From a virus (Duplodnaviria; Caudoviricetes), in IMG/VR virus record IMGVR_UViG_3300032324_000363, positions 1 through 28,241 of that record: a DNA stretch of 28,241 nt. One strand, 5' to 3'. Made by a program: the position numbers and the translations under genes. Each line of letters begins with the position of its first letter. Within the stretch, counting starts at the first letter, position 1. Under the pieces are notes generated by a model. It searched no databases, was not told where the DNA came from, and worked only from the letters and a program-made list of their open reading frames with translations. Below are positions 16,234-27,200 of this stretch, one piece after another.

Positions 16234-18585
16234 ATGGCTAACGAAGGCTTGAAGCACGAACTACGCGGAGAAGTTGTAAAACTTCTGTTAAACGATTTTG
16301 CGGTTGACTCAAAGAACCGTTATTTTGTCTTTATTGGCAGAAACACGGCTTGGTCAAACGAAACTTCTCCACCTGTAGAGAGCGACACAGATTCATCAAT
16401 GTTTGAGGCTCATCGACAGATGCTTGCCATGAAGATGGTTCAGCCTAATGATGTCTATCTATTGCTTCCTCGCATTGATTGGGAGACTGGAACTGTATAT
16501 GACCAATATACAGCCTCTACAGATATGTTCACGGTTAGAAAGGACTTTTATGTTCTTACCGATGAAAATAATCTATACAAGTGCGTATCAAATAACGGTG
16601 GAGTTGCATCAGTAACAAAGCCAACAGGAACAAGTCAGTCTATTTTCACCACAAACATTGATCGTTATCAATGGAAATTCATGTGCAAATTGACTGAAGA
16701 CAGCATCAGATTCTTGACAGAAGAATACATTCCTGTTGCAGTTGCCAGAATACCTGATATCAACGAAACATTCCCACAGTTTCAGACACAAGAGTATGCT
16801 CTTAACGGGGCTGTCGAGGGTTATTCATTATCAGGAGCAAATACAGCAGTATTTCCTCGTTGTATCGGCACTTACTCAATTACACCTGTAAGTGGTGCGA
16901 AGCAGATAGATGGAACTCCTGTAGATAGTGTAAATGTAAATAAAAAGGGTTCTGAATATATTCAACTAAACAGAAGCATGGTCAATACGACAAGAGAAGT
17001 ATTGAGCAATGGATTCTTCAATGGTTACTCAATCTATATCAGTGCAGGACGCGGACGAGAAATTGGGCAGATTTGTCGTGTAATCAACTATCATGGTGAG
17101 AGTCAAACGGCACAAGTCTACCCACCGCTTGAATATGATCTATACACTCTTGAATTCAGCGGAGCAGAAGTTTTCCCTGCTTCAGAATACACCATTCTAC
17201 CAAGTCTGATCGTGAATGGAGATGGAACTGGTGCAGTTGCTCGCTGTGTCATGTCTGGCGGAAAGTCTATATCTGAAGTTAGAACTGTGAAGCGAGGTCA
17301 AAACTATACTGTTTGTGATGTGACTGTTGCCACAAATCCTAGCACAGGAACAAAGCCAACAATATCAGGAAAGATTCAGCCCAAGGGTGGACACGGATCT
17401 GATGTAACGAAAGAACTAGGCGCATTTGACATGTTTGTTGTTGTTGATATGTTTGGAAATGAAAATTCCGACATAACTCTGCTCAATGACTATCGTCAGT
17501 TTGGATTGATAAAGAATCCACTTTTGAATGACGGAACGAACAGAATAGCAGGAACAGAGGTTGACGCTGTTCAGTATCTCCGAGTCAGAAAACCCTACTT
17601 TGTCACAGATTCCTTCAGATTTGTCTCATCACCAACCTTTGTGGATGGAAACTTCATCGTTGGAAGCGACTCAAAAGCAGTTGCAAAGGTTGTTTCATGG
17701 AAACCAATTCCTGGTGAAAGTTACGGAGAACTTCTCATAAATCCACTAAGTGGAAGATTCATTGAACAATCATTCGACGGAGAATATCTACGACTTGCCT
17801 TTAAGGATCAAACTGGTGGACAATTCACGGTCGGTGGAACCGTTTATCAATATTCCGATGCTGGTTTCGAAAACGCCGCTTCAGGCGAGATTATTTCATG
17901 GTCGCCCGATGCAGAACCACTACCTGAACTGATTGTTCGTGTGGACAGCGGAACTTTCTCCAAGGATAGAATCCTCTATCACGACTACTCTCCTACAAGC
18001 ATCACCACATATCCTCCAAGCAAGATTCAAGCCGTTGAACCAAAGGGTGGCGAATTGATAAGACAATTCTCCTCTGCTGGAGATTATGCCTTTTTGACCT
18101 ATAATGTCCTTGATGGAGCGTCGGAACAAGAGATTGGTCGTGTTCTTAACACAGCGGACATTCCTGTAAACGAAGTTCAGTCTGTGACCTACAGACAAAC
18201 AAGCAAACTAATCATCAGCAGCCCTGACACCACAAATCTATCTCAGAATCTCTTTGATGTTGACAAGTATTTCTATCAATATGATTCTGTGAGCGGCATA
18301 ACCAATTCAGGAATCATTGTATCTTGGACTGCCCTCGGCGGAACCACGGGAGAGATGCATCTAAACGATGTTCGTGGAACAATCAATGTTCGGTCAAATG
18401 GAATCGGTGGAATCTTCGCTTATGAAGATGGCATTGATCCTTCACTTGAAGGCATCTATGTCGCATCACACGAAAAACCAGAGACAATGGTCGGGTCGGG
18501 GGATATGTTATACATACAAAATGTTAGGGCAATTGAAAGAAATCGCGAACAGTTGGAAGAATTTAAGATTAGAATCGGATTCTAA
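16234..18585 (+). CDS. gp8: Baseplate wedge protein gp8 (expanded, 783 aa)
   Basis: YFVFIGR...W, PRIDWETGTVYDQY, FYVLTDENNLYKC.SNN, YQWKFM, P.GGHGSD...ELG, NDYRQFGLIKNP and SGDMLYIQN.R.I.R...Q.EEFKI.I.F. Confidence 0.92.
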   Translation: MANEGLKHELRGEVVKLLLNDFAVDSKNRYFVFIGRNTAWSNETSPPVESDTDSSMFEAHRQMLAMKMVQPNDVYLLLPRIDWETGTVYDQYTASTDMFTVRKDFYVLTDENNLYKCVSNNGGVASVTKPTGTSQSIFTTNIDRYQWKFMCKLTEDSIRFLTEEYIPVAVARIPDINETFPQFQTQEYALNGAVEGYSLSGANTAVFPRCIGTYSITPVSGAKQIDGTPVDSVNVNKKGSEYIQLNRSMVNTTREVLSNGFFNGYSIYISAGRGREIGQICRVINYHGESQTAQVYPPLEYDLYTLEFSGAEVFPASEYTILPSLIVNGDGTGAVARCVMSGGKSISEVRTVKRGQNYTVCDVTVATNPSTGTKPTISGKIQPKGGHGSDVTKELGAFDMFVVVDMFGNENSDITLLNDYRQFGLIKNPLLNDGTNRIAGTEVDAVQYLRVRKPYFVTDSFRFVSSPTFVDGNFIVGSDSKAVAKVVSWKPIPGESYGELLINPLSGRFIEQSFDGEYLRLAFKDQTGGQFTVGGTVYQYSDAGFENAASGEIISWSPDAEPLPELIVRVDSGTFSKDRILYHDYSPTSITTYPPSKIQAVEPKGGELIRQFSSAGDYAFLTYNVLDGASEQEIGRVLNTADIPVNEVQSVTYRQTSKLIISSPDTTNLSQNLFDVDKYFYQYDSVSGITNSGIIVSWTALGGTTGEMHLNDVRGTINVRSNGIGGIFAYEDGIDPSLEGIYVASHEKPETMVGSGDMLYIQNVRAIERNREQLEEFKIRIGF

Positions 18586-18596
18586 CGGAGTAAGTA

Positions 18597-21500
18597 ATGG
18601 CATCATATAAATCTTCTCTATTCAACATCAATCCTTATTTTGATGATTATGAGGAAGATAAGCGGTTTCTGCGTATGCTTTTCCGCCCTGGCTATGCCAT
18701 TCAAGCGAGAGAACTTACACAATTACAGACCATCCTACAGAACCAAATTGAAAAATTTGGCAATCATATCTTTGAAGATGGTGCAAAGATCATCGGTGGA
18801 GACATAACCACGCAAAATGCAGAATATCTGCGTGTTCAGTTTTCGTCAAATATCACCAAGGATGACCTTCTTGGTTTCAATATCACCGCCCAATCAACAA
18901 ACACTCTCTACCCAAGTCCTGTTGCTAGGGTCATTGATGTTCTTGAACCTATTCAGGAAACCGACAACTACCATGTCCTTGTAATCAACCGCTATACGGG
19001 TGGCGATTTTGCAAACGGAACCACATTTGCATCGACAAATCCTGGCAAGGTAATCACAGGAACCGTTGCAAACAACTCATCATTCAGTTCTCGCGGCAAG
19101 GTTAAACTTGCTTCAGTTACTGAAGGTGTCTATTTTACCAACGGATTTTTTGTCAAGAATCTAGCCCAAACCGTTGCTCTCTATAACATGGTTGACGGGA
19201 TTAGAATTTTCCAAAATCCCACAGGCTCTGTTGTATTTTCAGTAAATGAAGATATCGTTACTGAACTTGAGGACTTCACCCTGAAGGATCCAGCGGCAGG
19301 ATCTTACAACTACAATGCGCCTGGCGCACATCGTTTCCGTCTTGATCTTGAACTAATCTTCAAGGAAGACACAGATGAACTCACTACCGACACCATTGAA
19401 CTCATGCGTGTCGAAAACGGTGTTGTTACAAACAGACTAAAGTATACAGACTATTCGATAATTGAAGACACACTTGCCCGAAGAACTTTTGACGAGTCGG
19501 GTGATTATGTCGTGAAGCCCTTTGATATTGATCTATCAATGGGAAGCACCGCAGATATAGTAGACATTTCGTTGGGTGCTGGTAAAGCCTACATCACAGG
19601 TTATGAATTTGAGACTCAAAGCAAGCGAGGAATCACGATAGATCCTGCTCGTTTTGATAAGCGTCTATCAACAGACAAGACACTCGACACAGCCAAGATT
19701 GGTAATTACATTCGTGGAGATCTCGGACCTGTCTTTGCAAACATTATCGGAAGTGAAGACGATAAATTTGACATTTGTAGCGCACCACCCAAGGTTGAGA
19801 TCTGTGTTCTCAGAAATGGTTCAGAAACTGTAGTTGCATCGGCAAATGCCGCGAAGGTTTACTTCGACTACAGTTCTGGTCTTTCTACAAACGATGCTCG
19901 TCTTTACCTCATAAACATTGAATATACCGAATTAGGTTATGATCTAGCGAATAATCTACTTCAGGGCGATGTAATCTATGTTAAATATGTGAATTCTTCT
20001 GAGAATGCCGTTATTGGTGGAGATCAAAAAGTTCTCATCAATATCGAAAACTATCTACCAACTACAGCAAATCCAAGCGATCCTACTGTTCTTCTTTACT
20101 TGCCTGGTCAACTTATTCGTGAACCACAAGAGAATACACTAGTTTTCCCACTTGAAGACAATCATGTTGTTTCAAGTTATGAGAGACTTGAGTATGTCTA
20201 TCCTCGTTCATTCTACTCAACAAAAACTGCATCAGGTAACATTCCAACTGAAATAAGATTTATCCTTGATGAGGGCGAACTATACGGAAACGATGGTCAA
20301 GTTTACGAAACAATAGGCTATTTGCTGTTTGGCTTGACTGGCGGCGAGACACCGAAACAAGATCTCTTCTCTTTCGGGGAGTCTCCACATGTTTTAACTA
20401 AAATTAGCGATGGTGAACTACTTCTCACCTATAATAGCAGCGGAAATACCACACTTCCGTTTGAGAGTTATAAACTCATTGCACCTGTTCGTGTTGCCGA
20501 TACAAAGGCAGATGGTTCTTTTGATGTAGGAAGTATTCGTCTCAAGTATTTACGAAATGGTCAGATTCAGTTCGGCACAACTAGTGCCTTTGCTGATGTG
20601 AAGCGTGATGTTGTAAATGACTACTATTACCTACAACTTCCTAATGCAGATATCATCGGCATAACCTCTGCGATCAACTCGACAACAAGCGAAGATATCT
20701 CATCGAAGTTCCTTCTTGACAATGGTCAACGAGATCAAGTCTATCTTCGTGGACGCTTGATTTTCCGTGTAAATGCCGATGCAAATGCAAGCCTTCCTGC
20801 AATAACTGTAAACTACACATATTTTGAACACACAGGCGAAGGACCATTCGTTCTTGATTCATACACTCATGATAACAGCGGAACGAACTACGGTCAAATA
20901 CCGCTTTTCACTTCACCAACAACAGGCAAGACGATTTCTCTAGCAAATTGCCTAGACTATCGTTATGTTGAAAATTACGATGGAACTGTGCAGTATTTCT
21001 CGGGAAGCAGAACTCCATTTACCGAAGTTCAGCAGATCGAAGAGAGCCACAATTACTATCTTCCAAGAATTGATAAGATTGGTGTAAATCGCAATCTGAT
21101 ATCAAAATCAAATCCATTCGTTGTTCTTCGTGGAGTTCCGTCACTCAAGCCTGTTGCTCCACCTGATCAACCTGATGTTGTAACTCTCTACACGCTTCTT
21201 GTTCCTCCATATACACACAATGCCGAAGACATTGAGGTTATTGAGTCAGACAACAAGCGTTTCACAATGGCTGACATTCGTCAGATTGAGAAGCGTGTTA
21301 CAAATCTTGAGAATCTTACAAATATCACCGCAGTTGAGGCTTCACTCGACGGTCTTGATCTAAAGGTAGACAGCAATACCAAGTTAGGATTCAAGACATC
21401 TCTGCTTGTTGATCCACTCATTGGTCACTCGGTTGGAGATGTGTCTGATCCTGAACATGTCTGCTCTATTGATCTTGAGCGTGGAGAACTTCGTCCATCG

Positions 21501-24083
21501 TTTACAACACAATTCCTTGCCTTTGAAGGTCGTCAAAGCCTTACAACGCAGGGAATTACAATGTCAACAGACGGCGTAATCCACTCGGCAAGCGATACAA
21601 ACTTCCCCGATGGTGTGACTCTGGCATCACAATTGCTTGCAAGCAAATCTGTTGCCGTAAACCCATCAAACATGCCACTCTTTGTGGGAACCTACAAGGT
21701 TCGTCCATTCCTTGATCCATTCTTCGACACCTCAAATCGTCCATTCATTCGTTCAAATAAAGAGGGAGAGAATGACGGTTGGTATACCACGAATAGCAAT
21801 GGTTTTGGTAGCCAATGGAACTATTGGGAGTCAATCTGGTCGGGAGTTGCTGAATCAGACCAGTTCAACGAGGCTCTAAAGACAGATATACTGTTCAAGG
21901 CTAGAACAAAGTCTTTCAGAAATGTTGTTCATCCAAAGTTTGAGAGCGTGAATGGAGTTTCGCGTTCAGGCAAGACTACAGATGAGCAGAAGAAGCGTTA
22001 CAAGAGCAGCCAACGCTCGGTAACTGGAAAGGTAAAGAAGAAGATTGCTGGCAAGGTCATTGATGAGTCGGTTGTTCCTTACATCAGACCACAAACAATC
22101 TATGTAACTGTCAAGAATCTAAAGCCAAATTCAGTCCATTGGGCTTTCCTTGATGGTGTTAGCGTTGATCGCTATATCATCGCTGAAAACAATCAGACAG
22201 GTCCATTCCTAACCTCTGCAAGTTCAACAACAGACAGTCAGGGAGAACTTTACAATCTCAGACTTGTAATTCCCGCAGAGACATTCAAGGTTGGCGAAAA
22301 GACACTCAGACTCATCGACAATTCTTCGAATAATCTTGAAGATGCCACCTCGGTTGTTGATGTGAAGTTGTATTTCACAGGTGCATTGGATACAAATGCA
22401 TTTGGGTTCGCTTCTCTTCGTCCTCCTGTGATTCAGAGAAATTCGCTGACAACAGACAATGTTGTGGTGAATCCAATCAACCGTGCAAAGAACCTTGATA
22501 CCTTAGCAAATGTTCAATGGAGCGATCCTTTCGCGCAGAACTTTGTCATTGACGGCAACAAGTTCCAAGGCGGTGTTGCACTACAGAGTGTCGATCTGTA
22601 TTTCGATACAAAGGATGATAGAATGCCTATCACCCTTGAAATCAGACCAACTGTCAATGGTCGCCCACACGGATCATTCGTGCTTCCATTCTCACAGGTT
22701 GTGAAGAAGGCTTCTGATATTGTTGTCAACGACGGTTCGCCAACAGAGAAGACTAGATTCACATTTGATTCTCCAGTATATCTTGAGCCTGGTGAATATT
22801 CCATTGTTCTCAGAACAAATTCATCGGCATACAAGGTCTACATCGCAACACTCGGTGAAAACGACATTGTTACAGGCAAGCGCATATCGACTCCTGCCTA
22901 TGCTGGTGCGATATTCTTCCCACAAAACAACGGTATATCAGAACCAGATCTAAACACAGATCTCATGTTCACGATCAATCGTTATCAGTTTGTGGAGCGT
23001 GAACGATCATCGGTTGTGATGCAAGTTTCTGATGTTGCTGAAGATTTTGCCTTCTCAACAATCCGTCTTGTGGCTCGTTCGGTCAAGCCTATTGGAACAG
23101 GGGTCAAGTTCTATGTCTCGTTTGATAACAACAACGAGATTCCTGAAATTGAAGTTGTTCCAAATAAGAACATTGACATTCGTGCCTGTAGACGCATAAC
23201 TGCTGGCGAGAGAAATATTAGAGTTCGTGCTGTATTTGACAATAATTCAGCAGGAACACTCTCTCCAATGCTTGATTATCAGGCTTTCGGAATTATTGCC
23301 GTAAGAAATAATATTGGTGCTGTGTCTGACTTTGAAGATGATACATCTGCTGATAACATCGTTCCTGCTCGCTATATCACAAGAAAAGTTACATTGCCAA
23401 GCGGACTTGAGTCTCAATACATCAAGGTTATTGCAAATGTAAATCGTCCAAAGGGAACTGCGGTGAGTGCCTACTGTCGCTACTCGACAGCAGAAAACGA
23501 TAATCGTTATGAGTATATTAAATATGAACGAATGGATATTACAGAAAATCCATTTGGATTGTCATATTCACAGAACGAAGAAGACTTCCGTGAAGTTGCA
23601 TGGGAATTCAAGGTTGCAAGCAATGTAATCAAGACATTCAACATCAAGTTGTTCATGACAACCGATAGCGAGTGTGGAGCCACGGTTCCTGTGATTCGTG
23701 ATATTCGCGTAGTTTCTCTTGTCAATGCTGCTGGTGGAATTACAACTCTACCTGTTGTCATTATCAACGACAACACCGAAACAGTCATTGTCCAAGGACC
23801 ACCAGGACCACCAGGACCACCTGGTCCTGCTGGTGCGCGAGGAATTGATGGTCAGGATGGTCAAGACGGTGCAGACGGTGCGCCTGGTGCAAACGGAACA
23901 TGTGTAGGAACATGTCCTCAATGTCCATGTCCTGATCCCGCTGATTGTCCTTGTAGTGGTGGAGGTGGAGGTCAAACAGAAGAGCAAATATGCAGGGCAG
24001 GGGGTGGAACATGGACATGCGGACCAGGACCAGGAGGAACACAACTTTGCGTGTGTGTTGGAGTAGCAGGAACAGATATCTAA
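18597..24083 (+). CDS. Large virion structural protein, VrlC/DUF4815-like, with a collagen plus Cys-rich C-terminal extension
   Basis: NINPYFDDYEEDKRFLRMLFRPGYAIQARELTQLQTILQNQIEKFGNHIF, NAPGAHR, LARRTFDESGDYVVKPF, GKAY..GYE, YYLPRIDK, RFTMADI..IEKR..NLE, DPFAQNF, FTFDSPVYL and YITRKVTL. Follows gp8 as in marine T4-like phages. Confidence 0.88.
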   Translation: MASYKSSLFNINPYFDDYEEDKRFLRMLFRPGYAIQARELTQLQTILQNQIEKFGNHIFEDGAKIIGGDITTQNAEYLRVQFSSNITKDDLLGFNITAQSTNTLYPSPVARVIDVLEPIQETDNYHVLVINRYTGGDFANGTTFASTNPGKVITGTVANNSSFSSRGKVKLASVTEGVYFTNGFFVKNLAQTVALYNMVDGIRIFQNPTGSVVFSVNEDIVTELEDFTLKDPAAGSYNYNAPGAHRFRLDLELIFKEDTDELTTDTIELMRVENGVVTNRLKYTDYSIIEDTLARRTFDESGDYVVKPFDIDLSMGSTADIVDISLGAGKAYITGYEFETQSKRGITIDPARFDKRLSTDKTLDTAKIGNYIRGDLGPVFANIIGSEDDKFDICSAPPKVEICVLRNGSETVVASANAAKVYFDYSSGLSTNDARLYLINIEYTELGYDLANNLLQGDVIYVKYVNSSENAVIGGDQKVLINIENYLPTTANPSDPTVLLYLPGQLIREPQENTLVFPLEDNHVVSSYERLEYVYPRSFYSTKTASGNIPTEIRFILDEGELYGNDGQVYETIGYLLFGLTGGETPKQDLFSFGESPHVLTKISDGELLLTYNSSGNTTLPFESYKLIAPVRVADTKADGSFDVGSIRLKYLRNGQIQFGTTSAFADVKRDVVNDYYYLQLPNADIIGITSAINSTTSEDISSKFLLDNGQRDQVYLRGRLIFRVNADANASLPAITVNYTYFEHTGEGPFVLDSYTHDNSGTNYGQIPLFTSPTTGKTISLANCLDYRYVENYDGTVQYFSGSRTPFTEVQQIEESHNYYLPRIDKIGVNRNLISKSNPFVVLRGVPSLKPVAPPDQPDVVTLYTLLVPPYTHNAEDIEVIESDNKRFTMADIRQIEKRVTNLENLTNITAVEASLDGLDLKVDSNTKLGFKTSLLVDPLIGHSVGDVSDPEHVCSIDLERGELRPSFTTQFLAFEGRQSLTTQGITMSTDGVIHSASDTNFPDGVTLASQLLASKSVAVNPSNMPLFVGTYKVRPFLDPFFDTSNRPFIRSNKEGENDGWYTTNSNGFGSQWNYWESIWSGVAESDQFNEALKTDILFKARTKSFRNVVHPKFESVNGVSRSGKTTDEQKKRYKSSQRSVTGKVKKKIAGKVIDESVVPYIRPQTIYVTVKNLKPNSVHWAFLDGVSVDRYIIAENNQTGPFLTSASSTTDSQGELYNLRLVIPAETFKVGEKTLRLIDNSSNNLEDATSVVDVKLYFTGALDTNAFGFASLRPPVIQRNSLTTDNVVVNPINRAKNLDTLANVQWSDPFAQNFVIDGNKFQGGVALQSVDLYFDTKDDRMPITLEIRPTVNGRPHGSFVLPFSQVVKKASDIVVNDGSPTEKTRFTFDSPVYLEPGEYSIVLRTNSSAYKVYIATLGENDIVTGKRISTPAYAGAIFFPQNNGISEPDLNTDLMFTINRYQFVERERSSVVMQVSDVAEDFAFSTIRLVARSVKPIGTGVKFYVSFDNNNEIPEIEVVPNKNIDIRACRRITAGERNIRVRAVFDNNSAGTLSPMLDYQAFGIIAVRNNIGAVSDFEDDTSADNIVPARYITRKVTLPSGLESQYIKVIANVNRPKGTAVSAYCRYSTAENDNRYEYIKYERMDITENPFGLSYSQNEEDFREVAWEFKVASNVIKTFNIKLFMTTDSECGATVPVIRDIRVVSLVNAAGGITTLPVVIINDNTETVIVQGPPGPPGPPGPAGARGIDGQDGQDGADGAPGANGTCVGTCPQCPCPDPADCPCSGGGGGQTEEQICRAGGGTWTCGPGPGGTQLCVCVGVAGTDI
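23796..23903 (+). repeat. Collagen-like Gly-X-Y repeat, 12 triplets
   Basis: GPP GPP GPP GPA GAR GID GQD GQD GAD GAP GAN GTC, including tandem GGACCACCA units in the DNA. Confidence 0.9.
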
Positions 24084-24086
24084 ACC

Positions 24087-24281
24087 ATGCAAACGAACAA
24101 GTATGACCGTGACCCACAGACAGGCGCACTCTTCTTTCGTGATAGGCAGAAAGTTCTTGAGATCAAGAACCAAGCAGATCAGGGAAAGCAGATACAAGTG
24201 CTTGATTCTCGGCTAAATAAGGTAGAAGATTCACTTTCTGATATTAAAGAAATGCTAGCACAGTTACTCAATAAGAGATAA
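24087..24281 (+). CDS. Small coiled-coil protein, 64 aa
   Basis: RDPQTGA motif followed by heptads (LDSRLNKVEDSLSDIKEMLAQLL). Resembles the small gene that commonly follows VrlC-like genes in T4-like phages. Confidence 0.8.
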   Translation: MQTNKYDRDPQTGALFFRDRQKVLEIKNQADQGKQIQVLDSRLNKVEDSLSDIKEMLAQLLNKR

Positions 24282-24284
24282 GAC

Positions 24285-27200
24285 ATGCCAACAGGACCAA
24301 GTAGCAACCAATATATCATACCTGACATTCTCTTGTCTGACACTTTCAATGAGTGGCTGACTGTAACTAACACAGATATCATTGAGAAACTTAACTTTCT
24401 CAAGGTATATACTGCTACAGGCACAGGTGGTATAACCGTCGATACCCTCACCAATGGTGAGGCAATGATTAGTATTGCTGAGATCATTCCTGGTCCACAC
24501 ACATTCACAGGAAATATTACCTTTAACGGAACTGTGACCACGGTTAATTCTACCGAAATGACCGTTGATGACTATAATCTTGTTCTTGGTCACACAGCGG
24601 GTGGATCGGGTGGTTCTGATGCAGAGATCAATGCTGCCGGTGGCGGCGGTATAATCCTAAAGGGTCTTACCACCGACAAGGAATTCCTATGGAAAACTGG
24701 TCCTGATGCTTGGTATTCAAGTGAAAGTCTAAGATTAGCCGCAGGAAAGCGTTTCCTTTCAGGTGACGATACATTCCGCCTACACACAACCACAGGTGGA
24801 TTGCATGTAAAGGTCACGGGTGCAGGAACAACCTATGATACTCTATTTTACATCGGAACAAGTGCAGGAGCGACTGCCGAAGTTGCTCGTATCCGACAAG
24901 ATACAACCGTAGAGATCTACAACGGTGTGAATCGCAAGCGTTTCCACCAAGCAGGAGCAGGATACACATTTGGACATGTCATTCGTCCAATGGCGGGTGG
25001 ATTTACACTTGCAAAGGCAGACAGTGCAGAAAATGCTGAAGCCATTGGTATCATCTGTGGTGTGAATGGAAACACTTACGATGTAATGTTCCAAGGTGAA
25101 ATCAGCGGAGATTTCACAACAGTTCTAGGTAGCACACTAACCGCAGGAAATGTCTACTTCCTTTCCGCAACAACTGCGGGCTTCTTGAGTGCTTCTTATC
25201 CAGCAGCAACTCCAAATAATATCACAAAGGCAATGTTGCTTGGATTTGGTCCGACTCAAGGTTATGTTCTTCATTATGTTGGAGTTGCCGCAACTGGCGG
25301 AATTGATGTTGATCTAGGAGCATCTTCAAGCGAAGGCGTTGAAACTATCATTCAGGGTAGTGGTTTTGTGATTGGAGATGTTGTCCGCGTAAGTGATAAT
25401 GGTGCTGGTTATGATAAAGCCGCTGCGAATAGTGCAGAAAATGCCGAGGCTATTGGTGTAATTACAGGAGTAATAAACGCCACAACATTCCGTCTGAAGA
25501 CATTTGGTATTCATCTTTTCAATACTGGCATTACTCTTGACGAAGGATATCAGAGTGGTATTTCTAGCGGTCAAGTTTATTTCTTATCGACAAGTCTTGG
25601 TAAGATGACACTCAACCAACCAACAAGTGCTCCAAGTCTTGTCAAGCCAATGATGGTTGGTTTGCCAAGTAACAAGGCACTAATTCTTAACAGAAATGCC
25701 ATGATTCCTGCTGACAGCGGTGGTGGTGGTGGCGGTCCAACCGAACCAACAAGTCCCGTGACAGAAGGACTCGTTGGCAAGACATTCTTACCTGTTTTTG
25801 ACGGTTCTACCGCTGATAATCTATTCTATGCTGGTGGAAATCCTCTAGATCCTAATCTAAATGCAATATTCAGATCTACAATTGATACAGAAACCACCGA
25901 TGCGGGTCAGAATCAACGAGGTTACTATGTCTATCATCTAAGACTGAATGATATTGTTGACACAATTCCTGCAAATGCAACCCATGTTGTTCTACAGGGA
26001 GTTGGTCAGGCAAATTATAGTGCCACGACATCATACAGCAGAGTGATTGTGGGACCATATAGCGGAGATGTTGGACTTACAAATTCATACGATCCAGCAA
26101 ATCTCGGTGCAACTCCCCTAAAGTATACTGATATGGAAAAGTATAGCCGCTTCCTTAGCGAGAAGTATAACGGCGACTTTATCCACAATCAGTTCCCAAC
26201 AAGCGGAAAGTCAACATTCTCAGAGCATGTGGTCTGTAGAATTGGAAAACAAACTGTTGGTAGCGAGACATTCAATGCCGTCACGATGTTGATGCGAACC
26301 AAGGGTGTCGATTTCATCAATCACTCAATACGAGTAGTTGGTTTCTACTGCGAAGCAAATCTATCAGGTGACATTCCAAGCACACCAAAGAACAAAGTCT
26401 CAAATCCATTCTTTGAGAAGCGAGAGCATGATGCTTTCCAAAAACTTGGAAACCCATCCTATACGAATGTTGTTGGCGGAACAGGTGTTAAAAACTCTGT
26501 TGCAGCAGATGGTTGGACTGTCTGTGCTGTCGGTGGAGTGACATCAAATACACTCACAACGACATTCCGTGGCAGAATATCATCAGACACGGCAAATGGT
26601 CTTGATTCGTCATGTTCTGCAATCACACAGATACAGTTCACAGGAAATCCCTCATCTCCAATAGATGCAGTCGCTCTTCTTTCTAATTCAAATGTGCGAG
26701 TTCGTTCTGTGCCAAATGGCAAGGCAACTCTGTCGTTCATCGCGAGAGTAAGCACAGGAACTCAAAGAATTCAGGCTGGATTCTCTAGAAATTATTACAA
26801 CAACACTATTTCAAACGAAGATAATATACCAGATTCTTCCTACGCTCATATTGGAACAGCCACACTAACCACACAATGGAAGCGTTACTTCTTTACTTTT
26901 GATCTACCCGATCTAGCCGATGGTGGACAGTTCAGCACATCAAATCTACACTTTATACTTGGTCACAAGAACTACACTCCACCGACAAACCCGTGGCTGA
27001 AAAACTTCAACAGCATGGTAAATAGTGCATTGGCTAACTATTGGGTAGCATCAGGAACACAGATTGAATTTGCTCATGTTCAACTAGAAATGGGAGCAAT
27101 CGGCACACCAATCGAAGTTTTGAGCGATGCGATTTCAAATCTTGAAACTGATGCAATCGTGGCATTGGGTGAGGGAGAGCATACTGTAGTTACTGACTCA

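Noticed and set aside
23748-24197. Antisense ORFs 23748-24197 and 23785-24129 with Cys/Trp/His repeats
   Set aside because: They are reverse-frame reads of the collagen and Cys-rich codons, with no independent expression signals.
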